DNA from: Patescibacteria group bacterium
GTDB taxonomy: Bacteria; Patescibacteriota; Patescibacteriia; UBA9934
Direction of reading: 5' to 3'
DNA: 64,000 nucleotides
Assembly (NCBI GenBank): GCA_049296775.1
Contig: JBAQTB010000003.1
Location: 270,068-334,067 of the forward strand
A program made the position numbers and the translations under genes. This document shows positions 54,585 through 64,000 of this stretch, in pieces (the stretch's first letter is position 1; each line of letters starts with the position of its first letter). The notes beneath the pieces were generated by a model. It worked only from the letters and a program-made list of their open reading frames with translations. It was not told where the DNA came from and did not search any database.

Positions 54585-55043
54585 ATGGCCAAACCCACCT
54601 ATCGTCTCTTTCTGATGATTGATGGACTCCTCATTCTTGGAGCTATCTTTGCATTTACGCTTCGTGATACCCCTCAGGATAACGTGACATCGAGCGTTCA
54701 CGGTGTCGTCAGTCTCAAGACAGGCAATTGCATGCCCATGGTGGTGCCAGATGATCAACCAGTGGCGACCACCTGCGCCAGCAATCCTGCTATCGCCGAG
54801 ATTTACCTGTATCGTAACCTGGGTCTAGATACCCCCGTCATTCCCGATCTCAACACGCTCGGCGAGCCCATAAACTCCACTATCTCTAACGCCCAAGGCG
54901 AATATAGTTTTAACAGCCTCCCTCCCGGCACCTATACTCTCATCGCAACCACGACCGATCACGAGACTAAGACTCTCGAAAATATCGATCTCCAAACAAC
55001 CCCCATACAACTCGACCTTACCCTCGACCAAGCAGCATACTAG
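54585..55043 (+). CDS. Membrane-anchored carboxypeptidase-regulatory-like domain protein
   Basis: N-terminal TM helix; beta-sandwich signature GEYSFNSLPPGTYTL. Confidence 0.45.
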   Translation: MAKPTYRLFLMIDGLLILGAIFAFTLRDTPQDNVTSSVHGVVSLKTGNCMPMVVPDDQPVATTCASNPAIAEIYLYRNLGLDTPVIPDLNTLGEPINSTISNAQGEYSFNSLPPGTYTLIATTTDHETKTLENIDLQTTPIQLDLTLDQAAY

Positions 55044-55045
55044 AC

Positions 55046-55077
55046 AAAAATACCCCTGACCAAGTCAGGGGTATTTT
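55046..55077. terminator. Bidirectional terminator (AAAAATACCCCTGAC-CAAG-TCAGGGGTATTTT)
   Basis: Perfect stem; A-run on one side and T-run on the other. Confidence 0.6.
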
Positions 55078-55088
55078 CTTACAAACGA

Positions 55089-56378
55089 CTAATTAGCAGC
55101 GCTGGCGAAATGGAAAGTTAGGTACGCTTTACGTGTACCATTGGCGACTGGGTTGAAATACACGCCCACGGCCGTGACGTCCCAGCGGGCATCGACAACA
55201 TTCTGGAAATGCATGCCGTTATAGGATTCTTCGCTCATAAACATTGCGAATGATTCGGCTAACATGCGCTGCATTTCAGACGCCTCTGTATCGGCGTAAA
55301 CCATACTCAGATTCTCGCCAAAATCGTAAGTATCGTATGAACCTTTGGCCCAAGCCAATAAATTCTCGCCGTACGGACGCGTATGTGTAAGCGTTTGGCG
55401 TGTTCCCAAATACGCCGACCAATTAGCGCTAGTGTCCACTAACCCCTGAACAGTATCTAACGGTGCCAGTCCCCGCCCTGTCCGTTCAGTATTCAACATG
55501 TCTAGCCACAAGCTATTCAGTTCAACAATATCAAAGCCACCTGGCAAAGCACCGGCCTGGTATTCGCTAAGTTCAATCACCCGTACCTCATCCGTCTCAC
55601 CCAAAACTTCACCAATCCCGTCATCACCGTACGGACGCAGGGTCAGCTCAGCTTCTGTAATCGCGGTCAAATCGAGATCAGTAATACCTAAACTGTGTAA
55701 ACGCATGACAGCGTAAGCGGCTGGGCCATCGGCCAAGTAATACACGGTGCCGTTAGGGTGAATGTAATAAGCCTCACCATATTCCTCAACGCGCAGCACA
55801 ATGCGTCCGCGTAAACGTCTGCGCAATTCCCCGTCACTCGCCGCTAAAATGGCATAATCGGCCTCTGTCATGCCCAAACCAAACGTCCGCATCATTTCAT
55901 AAGCCGTTGGCCCGTCTTTCATGTAAAAACGTTGTCCAGTTAATGGATCCACGTACCAGGCCTCACCATGAGCCTCCGTCTGCAACAAGATATAGCCCCT
56001 GGTTCTGGCCCGAATACCCGCCGCCGCTGATGACGACAGTGGCGTCTGGCTAGCTGATTCTGTGTATAGCGCTTCTGTCACGGCCAAGAGCTGAGCACCC
56101 ACCCAGCCTTCTGTACCGTTACTCAACCGAACACGCCACCAACCATCAGTCTCGCCAGTCACCGCCAGTTTTGTGCCAGCACTCAAAGTCGTCATGACCA
56201 GAGAGCCCTCCATACAAGCCACATCACGCACAAAAGCACCGCTAATCACAACCCCTGTCCAAGTATGGTCAAGCACGGGATCGCTAAAGCAGTCACCGGC
56301 CATAGCTGGCCTAACACCCAGCGTAGCACTTAGTAAAGCCACGCCCAAGATAACGCTACAGAGCTTAGAAAATTTCAT
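55089..56378 (-). CDS. Secreted CAP/SCP/YkwD-domain protein with two ~55-aa GEAWY repeats
   Basis: Signal peptide; repeats ..GYILLQTEAHGEAWYVDP.. / ..GRIVLRVEEYGEAYYIHP..; C-terminal CAP domain (HTRPYGENL...MSEESYNGMHFQNV). Confidence 0.6.
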   Translation of the reverse strand: MKFSKLCSVILGVALLSATLGVRPAMAGDCFSDPVLDHTWTGVVISGAFVRDVACMEGSLVMTTLSAGTKLAVTGETDGWWRVRLSNGTEGWVGAQLLAVTEALYTESASQTPLSSSAAAGIRARTRGYILLQTEAHGEAWYVDPLTGQRFYMKDGPTAYEMMRTFGLGMTEADYAILAASDGELRRRLRGRIVLRVEEYGEAYYIHPNGTVYYLADGPAAYAVMRLHSLGITDLDLTAITEAELTLRPYGDDGIGEVLGETDEVRVIELSEYQAGALPGGFDIVELNSLWLDMLNTERTGRGLAPLDTVQGLVDTSANWSAYLGTRQTLTHTRPYGENLLAWAKGSYDTYDFGENLSMVYADTEASEMQRMLAESFAMFMSEESYNGMHFQNVVDARWDVTAVGVYFNPVANGTRKAYLTFHFASAAN

Positions 56379-56420
56379 ACCTTCATATACTATCAGACTT
56401 GGAACTGCTATGATACAGCT

Positions 56421-57476
56421 ATGCGAAAATATCTTGTATTTCTAGGCTTAGCGGCGCTACTTATGCCCGTGCCTAGTCAGGCCGCTACCAGCTTAGCTGA
56501 GCGCCTCAGCGGGCGCGTCCTTTTAGCGGTGGAAGCGCACGGTGAAGCCTGGTACGTGGATCCGGTGAGTTTAAATCGAGCTTTTCTCAACAGGCCCGCT
56601 GACGCCTTCAGAATCATGACCAGCTACGGACTAGGTATTACCAATCAAGACTTAAACAAAATCCCCACTGTAGCTAGCTCCAGCACTGGCGACCTCGCCC
56701 TAAGGCGCCGTCTGGCTGGCAGAATTTTATTGCAAGTACAGGGGCATGGTGAAGCTTGGTATGTTGATCCTGTGAGTTTGAAACGCGTCTTCCTGAATCG
56801 CCCCGAAGATGCCTTTGGTATCATGACTGATTACGGACTCGGCATCACCAATGCTAACTTAGCCAGCATTACCCTAGCTATGAGCAGTAATAGCATCAAG
56901 GTCGCTCAAACGGTGCCATTCACTACTCAAGCACCGCTTGGGGCCTGGAGTGACCCGCGTCAACAAGATGGCTGTGAGGAAGCCGCGGTGCTTATGGCAC
57001 TCGCCTGGGCCAAGGGCGAAAGTTTAACGCCCGCCTCCGCTGCAGCAACTATCATCGCCATGTCTGACTGGGAAGAACAAACTTTTGGCTATTTTCAAGA
57101 CACCAGCATCCAGGACACCGCCACTCGCCTAATGGCTACTTACTCAAATTTCACAAATTACGCCGTTAAAACTCCGGCCAATCTCACTGATTTAATCGTC
57201 AGTCTAAACGCTGGTAAAATCGCGATTGTACCCATCAACGGCCAGGTCTTCTCACCCTTTCATTACACTCCCCCAGGACCAGCCAGACACGTCATCGTCG
57301 TCCACGGCTACGATTCGGCTACACAAATGTTCAGCGTACATGATCCCGGCACTAGCTCCGGCGCCAATCTACAAGTCACCGCGCAAGTTCTAGACACCGC
57401 TTGGCGTGATTACGCCTCAGGTGAACAAATACCCATTCCAGAGCTCCCCAATGCTATGATAGTCGTCAGTAGATAA
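56421..57476 (+). CDS. Secreted protein with two GEAWY repeats and C-terminal peptidase C39-like (papain-fold) domain
   Basis: Repeats GRVLLAVEAHGEAWYVDPVSL x2; C39_2-like Q..GCEEAAVLMAL (Cys), HVIVVHGYD (His), D. Confidence 0.6.
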   Translation: MRKYLVFLGLAALLMPVPSQAATSLAERLSGRVLLAVEAHGEAWYVDPVSLNRAFLNRPADAFRIMTSYGLGITNQDLNKIPTVASSSTGDLALRRRLAGRILLQVQGHGEAWYVDPVSLKRVFLNRPEDAFGIMTDYGLGITNANLASITLAMSSNSIKVAQTVPFTTQAPLGAWSDPRQQDGCEEAAVLMALAWAKGESLTPASAAATIIAMSDWEEQTFGYFQDTSIQDTATRLMATYSNFTNYAVKTPANLTDLIVSLNAGKIAIVPINGQVFSPFHYTPPGPARHVIVVHGYDSATQMFSVHDPGTSSGANLQVTAQVLDTAWRDYASGEQIPIPELPNAMIVVSR

Positions 57477-57492
57477 ACTTTGTCAGTAACTT

Positions 57493-57966
57493 ATGCGGAG
57501 TCCCCAAGGTTTTAGCCGAACAGATACCACCGTGGTACTGGGTCTTATAGCCATCATTGCCGTCATACTTTTGGCGACCCTCAATCCGGCTGCTCGTTTC
57601 CAAGAGGCTAGAGATGCCAAACGCTGGAGCGACGCTGAAAATATCCTCGAAGCGATTAAGCAGGCACAAATTGAAAATGGCGGGAGCTACCCTGCAAGCG
57701 TTGCCAATACGGCCGCAAATAAACTGTATCAAATCGGTACGGCTGAATCTGGTTGTGACACTGGCTGTGGCGATTTTGTCACAGAGCCAACGTGCGTGAA
57801 CTTAACCGACCTCGTCAACCAAGGTCAGCTAACAGAAGTACCGCTCGCGCCAGGCATGTATTCAGACGCTATGACCGGTTATTATCTCATCCGCAAACTT
57901 TCCGGCAGTCTTGAGGTTGGGGCCTGTGACCCCGGCCAAACCGAGAATATCTCCGTGTCGCGCTAA
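57493..57966 (+). CDS. Type IV pilin-like protein (prepilin-type N-terminus)
   Basis: QGFSRTDTTVVLGLIAIIAVILLATL resembles a class III signal (G/F, acidic +5, hydrophobic helix), followed by pilin-like ARDAKRWSD..YP and a Cys-rich head. Confidence 0.5.
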   Translation: MRSPQGFSRTDTTVVLGLIAIIAVILLATLNPAARFQEARDAKRWSDAENILEAIKQAQIENGGSYPASVANTAANKLYQIGTAESGCDTGCGDFVTEPTCVNLTDLVNQGQLTEVPLAPGMYSDAMTGYYLIRKLSGSLEVGACDPGQTENISVSR

Positions 57967-58010
57967 CAATCCCGGAGAGCAGCAGATTTGCGTTATACTA
58001 GTAGCAAAAC

Positions 58011-59255
58011 ATGCTAAAAAAACGCCTCAAAAAACCCAGTCTAGGCCAACGTGTCTTGAAGGCTTTGCATACCGGACTCAAGAATCATTTCATTCCGCAT
58101 GCTGGCAATCAACACGTCCCCAAAATTCTGCACAGACGGAGTTTATTTGGCTTTAGCATTCTCTTGATTACTCTCAAAGTCTTGGTTATTGGGGTTGGCA
58201 TCAGTTTTCCAGCCGCGAGTTTATTTTCAAGCGCTGTCACCCCCACCAACATCATCAATCTCACCAATGAGACCAGAACGAGCCTTGATCTACCAACCTT
58301 AAGCACAGACACTAAACTCATGCAGGCTGCCCAAGCTAAGGCGGAAGACATGTTCCTCAATGATTACTTCGCTCATACCAGCCCAGAAGGCACTACTCCT
58401 TGGTATTGGTTCAAAACTTTTGGATATAATTATCGCTCTGCCGGCGAAAATCTCGCGGCCCACTTCAGTCAGGCCGAGGATGTCGAGGCGGGTTGGATGG
58501 CTAGCCCGAGCCACCGAGATAATATCGTCAGTGATCGTTACAATGAAATCGGCGTAGGCGTGGCGCAAGGCATGTTCGAAGGCTACCAAACTACCTTTGT
58601 CGTGCAAATGTTTGGCTATGAGCTCAATCAGGCCGCCAGCCACGACGCTGTAGTCACTCCGACTCCTACCACTGACCAAACCGAACCAGTACAGATTGCC
58701 GTGGTAGACACTCTGCCGCCAATGACAGAAGATACTGTCGATGACAGCGAGGCTCTAGTAATTGAGGCGGAAAGTCTCGTACTGACACCTATCCAGGGCG
58801 GCTATGCAGCCACTATTTACATGGAGAATGTGAATGAGGCCGTGTTGTACATTGGCAACAACAGGGTACCCTTCGTGCCGGCCACAGCGCCAAACACCTG
58901 GCAAAGCGTAGTGCTCTACGATGACAAAACGATCAGCGAGGAAGGTGAAAGACTGTATTTAGTGGCAGGTAGTGCCCAAGGAGAACAGAAGATCGTCGAC
59001 CTAGCCTGGATCATGCCGGGCGCGGATGCACCCAAAGTTTACGCCTTCAAACAAGCAGAAACGCCTAAACTCTTAGGCGTCATGGATATAGCTAACCTAG
59101 ATGACAACGTCAAAAAAATCTACCTCTTTGCCCTGCTCTTCTTGGGCAGTGCTCTAGCCGTCGCCGTCTTGGTCAAGTTCGAGATTCAAAAACCAACCAT
59201 GATCGCCCACAGCCTAGCAGTGATGGCCCTGATTCTAATTCTGACTTTCATCTAG
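58011..59255 (+). CDS. Membrane-anchored CAP/SCP/YkwD-domain protein
   Basis: N-terminal TM anchor; CAP motifs YFAHTSPEGTTPW, GENLA, GWMASPSHRDNI, EIGVGVA; C-terminal TM helix. Confidence 0.65.
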   Translation: MLKKRLKKPSLGQRVLKALHTGLKNHFIPHAGNQHVPKILHRRSLFGFSILLITLKVLVIGVGISFPAASLFSSAVTPTNIINLTNETRTSLDLPTLSTDTKLMQAAQAKAEDMFLNDYFAHTSPEGTTPWYWFKTFGYNYRSAGENLAAHFSQAEDVEAGWMASPSHRDNIVSDRYNEIGVGVAQGMFEGYQTTFVVQMFGYELNQAASHDAVVTPTPTTDQTEPVQIAVVDTLPPMTEDTVDDSEALVIEAESLVLTPIQGGYAATIYMENVNEAVLYIGNNRVPFVPATAPNTWQSVVLYDDKTISEEGERLYLVAGSAQGEQKIVDLAWIMPGADAPKVYAFKQAETPKLLGVMDIANLDDNVKKIYLFALLFLGSALAVAVLVKFEIQKPTMIAHSLAVMALILILTFI

Positions 59256-59849
59256 CTCTGCGATTACAATAAACCGCTGTAAAGCCGTACCAAGCGGATA
59301 AGAGGCCTGTAAGCTCAAGATCTTACGTTCGTAATTATACTGATCCAAAACGCTCAAGTCTCTTGGGCTCACGATTTTAGTTTCAAAAACAGTATACGTA
59401 AACACCTGACCCTCCGCATTGCTAACCTTGATTTGACTACCTAAAGCAATTTCTGGCAAACGAGCAAAAACGGTCTTGTAATTACCGGGTGTCCACACGT
59501 AATCACTAGAATGTCCAAAAATATACACGTTGCCCAACTCCCCTGGTTCTGGCGTTTGCGGGAATCTGACTACGCCGTCACGTAGCGCCAACTGATAAGC
59601 CGCTTCTGACTCTTCTTCCGTGTATTTAATTGGTGCCTCAATGCCTAAACTGGGGATTTGGAGCGTGTCTGGTGCCATGACCTCTGATGTCTGTTCGAGC
59701 GTCGCTTCTGGCTCTGGCAAGGGCTGAATCGGACTTAAACGCGCCTTAGCGTACGGATAAGCCAATACCAGAATCAGTCCCGCGAATACCATGGTCGCGA
59801 TCAGAGAAGCCTTAGCCTGAAACATATAGCTAGCAGAAAACCCCGCCAT
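59235..59849 (-). CDS. Sortase homologue with catalytic Cys replaced by Ser
   Basis: N-terminal TM anchor, conserved His (IFGHSS) and Arg (RFIV), but LSLQASYP where sortases have TLxTC. Confidence 0.6.
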   Translation of the reverse strand: MAGFSASYMFQAKASLIATMVFAGLILVLAYPYAKARLSPIQPLPEPEATLEQTSEVMAPDTLQIPSLGIEAPIKYTEEESEAAYQLALRDGVVRFPQTPEPGELGNVYIFGHSSDYVWTPGNYKTVFARLPEIALGSQIKVSNAEGQVFTYTVFETKIVSPRDLSVLDQYNYERKILSLQASYPLGTALQRFIVIAELDESQN

Positions 59850-59906
59850 CTCACCTGATCAATCAGGAAAAAGAGCGGGGTTTTGGATTAAACTCGTGAC
59901 TTAAGC

Positions 59907-62900
59907 CTAGTGTCTGCGACGGGCCATGAAGGCAAGGACGGAACCAACCGCGATCACGCCGGCCAGTGGCACACCAGTGCGCGGCAACTGGTCAGTCGCA
60001 CCTGCTACAACTGGATCTGGCTGTTCTTCCAGAGTACCGCCACTAGACTCGTCAGTAGTACCTGGTTGCTCATCAGACTCACCCAACACCTCGCCTGGAG
60101 TGGTGTCAGTATCAGTCGCGGAATCGTCTGTATTGTCATCAGTGCTGTCATCGGTACTGTTGTCAGTGTCGCCGTCAGTATTTTCATCGGTATCACCTAG
60201 AACAGCACCGTCACCCGTGCCCGAACCAGAGCCGCCATTACCACCACCATTAGTCGACCCACCAGATGATGAACCGCCACCTGACGGCAAACCACCAAAA
60301 GTGTTGGTGATAGTACAAATCGCATCCTCATCCGAGGCGATATTTCCTACAGCATTGTTAATAGATGTCTCCACACAGTCCCCAGAGAAACTAGACTCGT
60401 AACCGCTTCTAATATCTTCAAAAACGGTGTAGTCACCTGGAGGCAGTACGGTTGGCGCACCAACATCTACCTGTACGCCATTTAGATACAATCCAAAGCC
60501 ATCTTCTGGAGCATCGCCGCCGACAACGACAACGTTAATCGTCAAACTGCCGTCAAACATTTCGCCAGCAACATCGTCATTAGTGATATCACACACCTGC
60601 TCATCACCAGCTCTCACGATGAACTCGCCGTTGATACAGTCATTACTAAAGGTGGTCACGTAACGGTCAGAAACCTGTTCGCCTTCAGTTGGCTCAACTA
60701 CATATTCCTCGGTAATCACGTGGAAAACATCAGGGGTAACTTCAATTGGCGTATCCAACGCTACTTCTGTGCCGTCAATGAAGAAAGCGAAGTTAGCTAG
60801 CTCATCCACCGCGCCGTTATCCTGAATCAAAGTCTTCCGCAACGTAATCGTGGTTGGACCTAATTCTTCATCCATCACATCACAGTAAGTCGAATTGGCA
60901 TCAGCTGTGACGGAGTTTGGTTCGGTACTTACAATGGTCCAGGTCAACGGAATACTTCCAGCAAAGATAACTTCTGTGTAATCTCCCATGCTGTCTGTCT
61001 CAAAAGTGGAAGGCTGACCCTGATCCTGATCTAACAAACCACCACCAACAAATCGGTTCTCAAAAGTACCGGCCTGAATAAAGACTGGGCCTGGGTTAGA
61101 GGACGTATAGCCGAAGAGACCTCTCAACATCCCTTCACCGACGTCTTCAACGCACACCACGTGCGGAATGATCGAGGCAGTGACGCTAAAGAGTTCCGTA
61201 TCTTGCAAAGTAATCACACAGGCTAAGTCACCTCCAGTTGTCATGTCACCTGCACAATCATCACTATAATCAACGGTATAGCCCGTAGTATCACCAACCA
61301 AGTCAGTGCTAAAGGCGCCAGTAACCACAGCGTCAATGCCTGTTTCGCTACCCGCGACAGACTGATCACCAACGGTATCGGTAATTGTAACGGTAAAATC
61401 ATCAGCCTCCGCTACGCCGCCTTCGTCATTCTGCACGTTCACGGTAACGTTCAAGTTGCCAACTGGCGCCAACGGCTCAAAGCCAAAGCGCAAATATTTC
61501 CACTGACGATTCTGCGCCAATTCAACACGGTAACAATACTGACCAGCAACATTTGGATCAGCTTCTGAAGTAATTTTTACTGGAGCAGCAACCAGCGGCT
61601 CTTTATAGCCGTCAGCCGGAGAAGTTTGCCTAAAACCAGCGCCCATATCCTCGGCACACACATGGTAAACACCAGCTGGCAGACCCATAAAACGATACTG
61701 ACCAACTAGCAAGGGGCCAGTGTCATCTGTCTCAGTACCGGTCACAACGCTACTCATGAAGCCAAAAGTCTCATTGTAAAGGCTAATCGTGACGCCATCT
61801 AAACGATTCGTCTCCCCACCTGGGTGAACGCCGTCACCATCAACGTCAGCATAAACTATACCCTGCATGATAGCGTTATCCGTACTCACACCAATGTAAG
61901 TATTGGTAATCGTACAGTCTAAATGCTGACCAAGCGTCAAAGTACCAGACTCACAACCCTCTGAAATCAACGCGAGGTAATCAGGGTTCTCAATTTCGTA
62001 CAGCAAAAAGTCACCAGCGTCTAAGCTGAGATCAATACCGGTAGCACTCGCTTGGAAGACCTGCTCGGAGACTGGCCCAAGTGGCGCTGTATTAAGATCC
62101 TCATCTTGATCAACAAACACGTCAGCGCCCTCAACAGCTAGGCTAAAATCGCTAGCGCTGACTGCTGGGCCACCGTTGATCAACTTGGTCACCGTGATGG
62201 TAGCTGGTTTGTCGTCATTAACAATAGTACAGAAGGTTTCCTCACCCTCAAGCACGACCAAATGGGCGATACCATCAACATCCTCATAGCAATCCCCTTC
62301 GTAAGTCACGTCATACCAATCAGCAATCTCAAGATCACCGTGATCTCCTACCCAGCTCTCAACCAAAATGTAATCACCGGCGAAATAGTTGAAAGGCACA
62401 CCTGAAACAGCGTTAGTGACCGCTGGTGAACCATCTCGGTTGTAGACGTTGAACACAAAGTCAGAATCAGTTTCTGTGCCACCGTTATCGTTCGGCAAAG
62501 TCTTAAAGATGGTGACTGGAGCAACCTGAGGGGTGTAAGTGTTCGTAATCGTACAGGTCAAATCAGCCTCAGCCGCCATCACACCCGTACAGAATTCACT
62601 GCTCTCACGCTGATAGGTTGGGTAATCTGACTCAACCACTGAGAAAGCTGCACCGTCTGGAATAATATATCCTGTACCGCCCTCCTCAAAAGCGACTGGA
62701 CCGATAGCATCCTGATCGCCAATTTGAATGGTGTATGTGAAGTCAGCCACGCTAGCGTCACTATTTACGACCTCTTTAACAACCGTGAGCGTGCCGGGAC
62801 CAGGAACAACCTCAATTGGCTCAAAGCCAAAGCGTAAGAATTCCCAGGTCTTATTAGGCGTCAGGTTAACAACATAACAAAACTGACCAGGAACATTCGG

Positions 62901-63854
62901 ATCTAATTCAGGCTGAATTTTAACTGGCGCAGCTACCACTGGCTCTTTGTAACCTTCAGTTGGTGAAGTTTGCTGATACCCCGCCCCCATCTCCTCTACA
63001 CACACGTGGTAGAAAGCTGGAGTCAAATTGTTAAATTTGAACTGACCCACCAAAACCGGTCCAGTTTCTGGAGTTTCCACACCAGTCACCGAGCTGCGGA
63101 TAAATTCGAAAGACTCATTGTAAAGCGAGACTTCAATGCCGTCTAAACGATTAGCGATACCGTTTGGGTGCACACCATCACCGTCAACGTCGTTATATAC
63201 GATTCCCTGCAAACCAGAGTTACCCTGGTTACACGTTACGGACACATTATCGAGAAAAGTACCAAAACCATCCGCTGGAGTACCGCGATCCGCAAAAGCC
63301 ACTGAGGCGCCATCACCTGCGGCGGTCACTGTAAAAGTATAAGTCGACCAGGCAGTGTTGTCGCTAATGGCCGCGTCCGTAGTAATCACACCAAGAGAAT
63401 CGCCGTTCCAAAAAACCTCAACGGCATTATTTTCAATTGCAGTATCTGGACGAGCTGAAAAAGCAAAGCTCAGAGTGTATTCGGCTCCTGGCGTGGTCAA
63501 CAAACGCTGCCCAATGATAGTTGGTACGGTACTATCTAGTTCCGCGAATTGCTCACCTTCCGCTGCCAACCAACCGGCGTAACCAGACTGAATCTCTAAT
63601 TCTGAGCTAATGCTGTCATCGCTAGCCTCAGACACATACCACTCCAAGCCCTCGGTCTCGTCTGGAAAACTGTCCCATGTACCACCGTCATTACCTAAAA
63701 TCGGATCGACAACTGGCGTTTCAAAACTGCCATTAGCTACAATGTTGCCTGGCAAACACTCCAACTGCGGATCAATCGCGGCTAAGGCCGAGCTCAAAGG
63801 CAAGACGTTAAGACACATCGCAAGTACCGATACTGAGGCAATAAATCGTTTCAT
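59907..63854 (-). CDS. LPXTG (LPRTG)-anchored adhesin-like protein with SdrD-B/Cna-B-type repeats
   Basis: Signal peptide; two ~250-aa repeats each containing GIVY.DVDGDGVHP.G..NRLDG...SLYNE.F (SdrD-B-like); Gly/Ser and Asp/Thr low-complexity linker; C-terminal LPRTG + hydrophobic stretch + RRRH. Confidence 0.8.
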   Translation of the reverse strand: MKRFIASVSVLAMCLNVLPLSSALAAIDPQLECLPGNIVANGSFETPVVDPILGNDGGTWDSFPDETEGLEWYVSEASDDSISSELEIQSGYAGWLAAEGEQFAELDSTVPTIIGQRLLTTPGAEYTLSFAFSARPDTAIENNAVEVFWNGDSLGVITTDAAISDNTAWSTYTFTVTAAGDGASVAFADRGTPADGFGTFLDNVSVTCNQGNSGLQGIVYNDVDGDGVHPNGIANRLDGIEVSLYNESFEFIRSSVTGVETPETGPVLVGQFKFNNLTPAFYHVCVEEMGAGYQQTSPTEGYKEPVVAAPVKIQPELDPNVPGQFCYVVNLTPNKTWEFLRFGFEPIEVVPGPGTLTVVKEVVNSDASVADFTYTIQIGDQDAIGPVAFEEGGTGYIIPDGAAFSVVESDYPTYQRESSEFCTGVMAAEADLTCTITNTYTPQVAPVTIFKTLPNDNGGTETDSDFVFNVYNRDGSPAVTNAVSGVPFNYFAGDYILVESWVGDHGDLEIADWYDVTYEGDCYEDVDGIAHLVVLEGEETFCTIVNDDKPATITVTKLINGGPAVSASDFSLAVEGADVFVDQDEDLNTAPLGPVSEQVFQASATGIDLSLDAGDFLLYEIENPDYLALISEGCESGTLTLGQHLDCTITNTYIGVSTDNAIMQGIVYADVDGDGVHPGGETNRLDGVTISLYNETFGFMSSVVTGTETDDTGPLLVGQYRFMGLPAGVYHVCAEDMGAGFRQTSPADGYKEPLVAAPVKITSEADPNVAGQYCYRVELAQNRQWKYLRFGFEPLAPVGNLNVTVNVQNDEGGVAEADDFTVTITDTVGDQSVAGSETGIDAVVTGAFSTDLVGDTTGYTVDYSDDCAGDMTTGGDLACVITLQDTELFSVTASIIPHVVCVEDVGEGMLRGLFGYTSSNPGPVFIQAGTFENRFVGGGLLDQDQGQPSTFETDSMGDYTEVIFAGSIPLTWTIVSTEPNSVTADANSTYCDVMDEELGPTTITLRKTLIQDNGAVDELANFAFFIDGTEVALDTPIEVTPDVFHVITEEYVVEPTEGEQVSDRYVTTFSNDCINGEFIVRAGDEQVCDITNDDVAGEMFDGSLTINVVVVGGDAPEDGFGLYLNGVQVDVGAPTVLPPGDYTVFEDIRSGYESSFSGDCVETSINNAVGNIASDEDAICTITNTFGGLPSGGGSSSGGSTNGGGNGGSGSGTGDGAVLGDTDENTDGDTDNSTDDSTDDNTDDSATDTDTTPGEVLGESDEQPGTTDESSGGTLEEQPDPVVAGATDQLPRTGVPLAGVIAVGSVLAFMARRRH

Positions 63855-64000
63855 ACAATTTGTCAGTTAATCCAAGTACAGATTAGAGAATAATTTGTTT
63901 GAGATTACCATAAAATAAGCTAAAATGTCAAAGTAACTTTAAACGTTCGCGTATGGGAATTGAAACCAAGCTCATTTTGCTAATTTTAAGTGCAATTGCG

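Noticed and set aside
63855-64000. Possible heptamer AGA periodicity upstream of the LPRTG adhesin gene
   Set aside because: Only loose AGA recurrences with no exact 7-nt phase and no AGACTTTAG core, so I did not group it with the three clear heptamer arrays.

Overview
This 64 kb window has about 50% GC, is densely coding and has no rRNA, CRISPR array, transposase or integrase that I can recognise. The gene content fits a small-genome bacterium with a Gram-positive-type envelope, possibly CPR/Patescibacteria-like: two sortases, LPXTG-type sorting signals, a type IV pilin-like protein, an archaeal-type NMN adenylyltransferase, and many genes without a Shine-Dalgarno sequence.

The window falls into five blocks:
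- **1–16.6 kb, housekeeping.** CCA-adding enzyme, iPGM, the mraZ-rsmH-ftsL remnant of the dcw cluster, the complete uvrC/uvrA/uvrB set interleaved with two opposite-strand hypothetical genes, an NMNAT and a DUF362 gene.
- **16.7–18.1 kb and 33.2–34.3 kb, tRNA-adjacent modules.** Each of two tRNAs (Gln-UUG, Trp-CCA) is followed by a long perfect hairpin and then an AT-rich two-gene module with an ATGA start/stop overlap.
- **20.5–32.5 kb, surface proteins and housekeeping.** A 1980-aa repeat-rich surface protein, followed by LCP, HU, HtrA, GpsA, SPFH and Nudix genes.
- **35.3–42.1 kb, accessory cassette-like region.** A run of short, mostly hypothetical or accessory genes (SanA-like, Phd/RelE TA pair, orphan QueC-like, DUF3592, APH-like kinase and others), each separated by members of one conserved hairpin family (AAAACACCAGCC..GGCTGGTGTTTT).
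- **42–64 kb, envelope genes.**
  - Ice-binding-like LPNAG protein with its sortase, followed by PspC.
  - GtrA/GT-C/GtrB glycosylation module.
  - Nitrilase, TopIB and a cupredoxin/cytochrome b5/DoxX operon.
  - CAP-domain proteins, a C39-like peptidase, a pilin-like protein and a 1315-aa SdrD-B-repeat LPRTG adhesin.
  - A sortase homologue whose catalytic Cys is replaced by Ser.

The most notable structure I found:
- A related G/C heptamer palindrome element inserted in-frame in both uvrC and the NMNAT gene.
- Tandem AGAnnTT heptamer repeats upstream of three envelope genes.
- A perfect 12-bp hairpin with the start codon of the giant adhesin gene in its loop.
- A rod-like structured RNA candidate directly upstream of tRNA-Trp.
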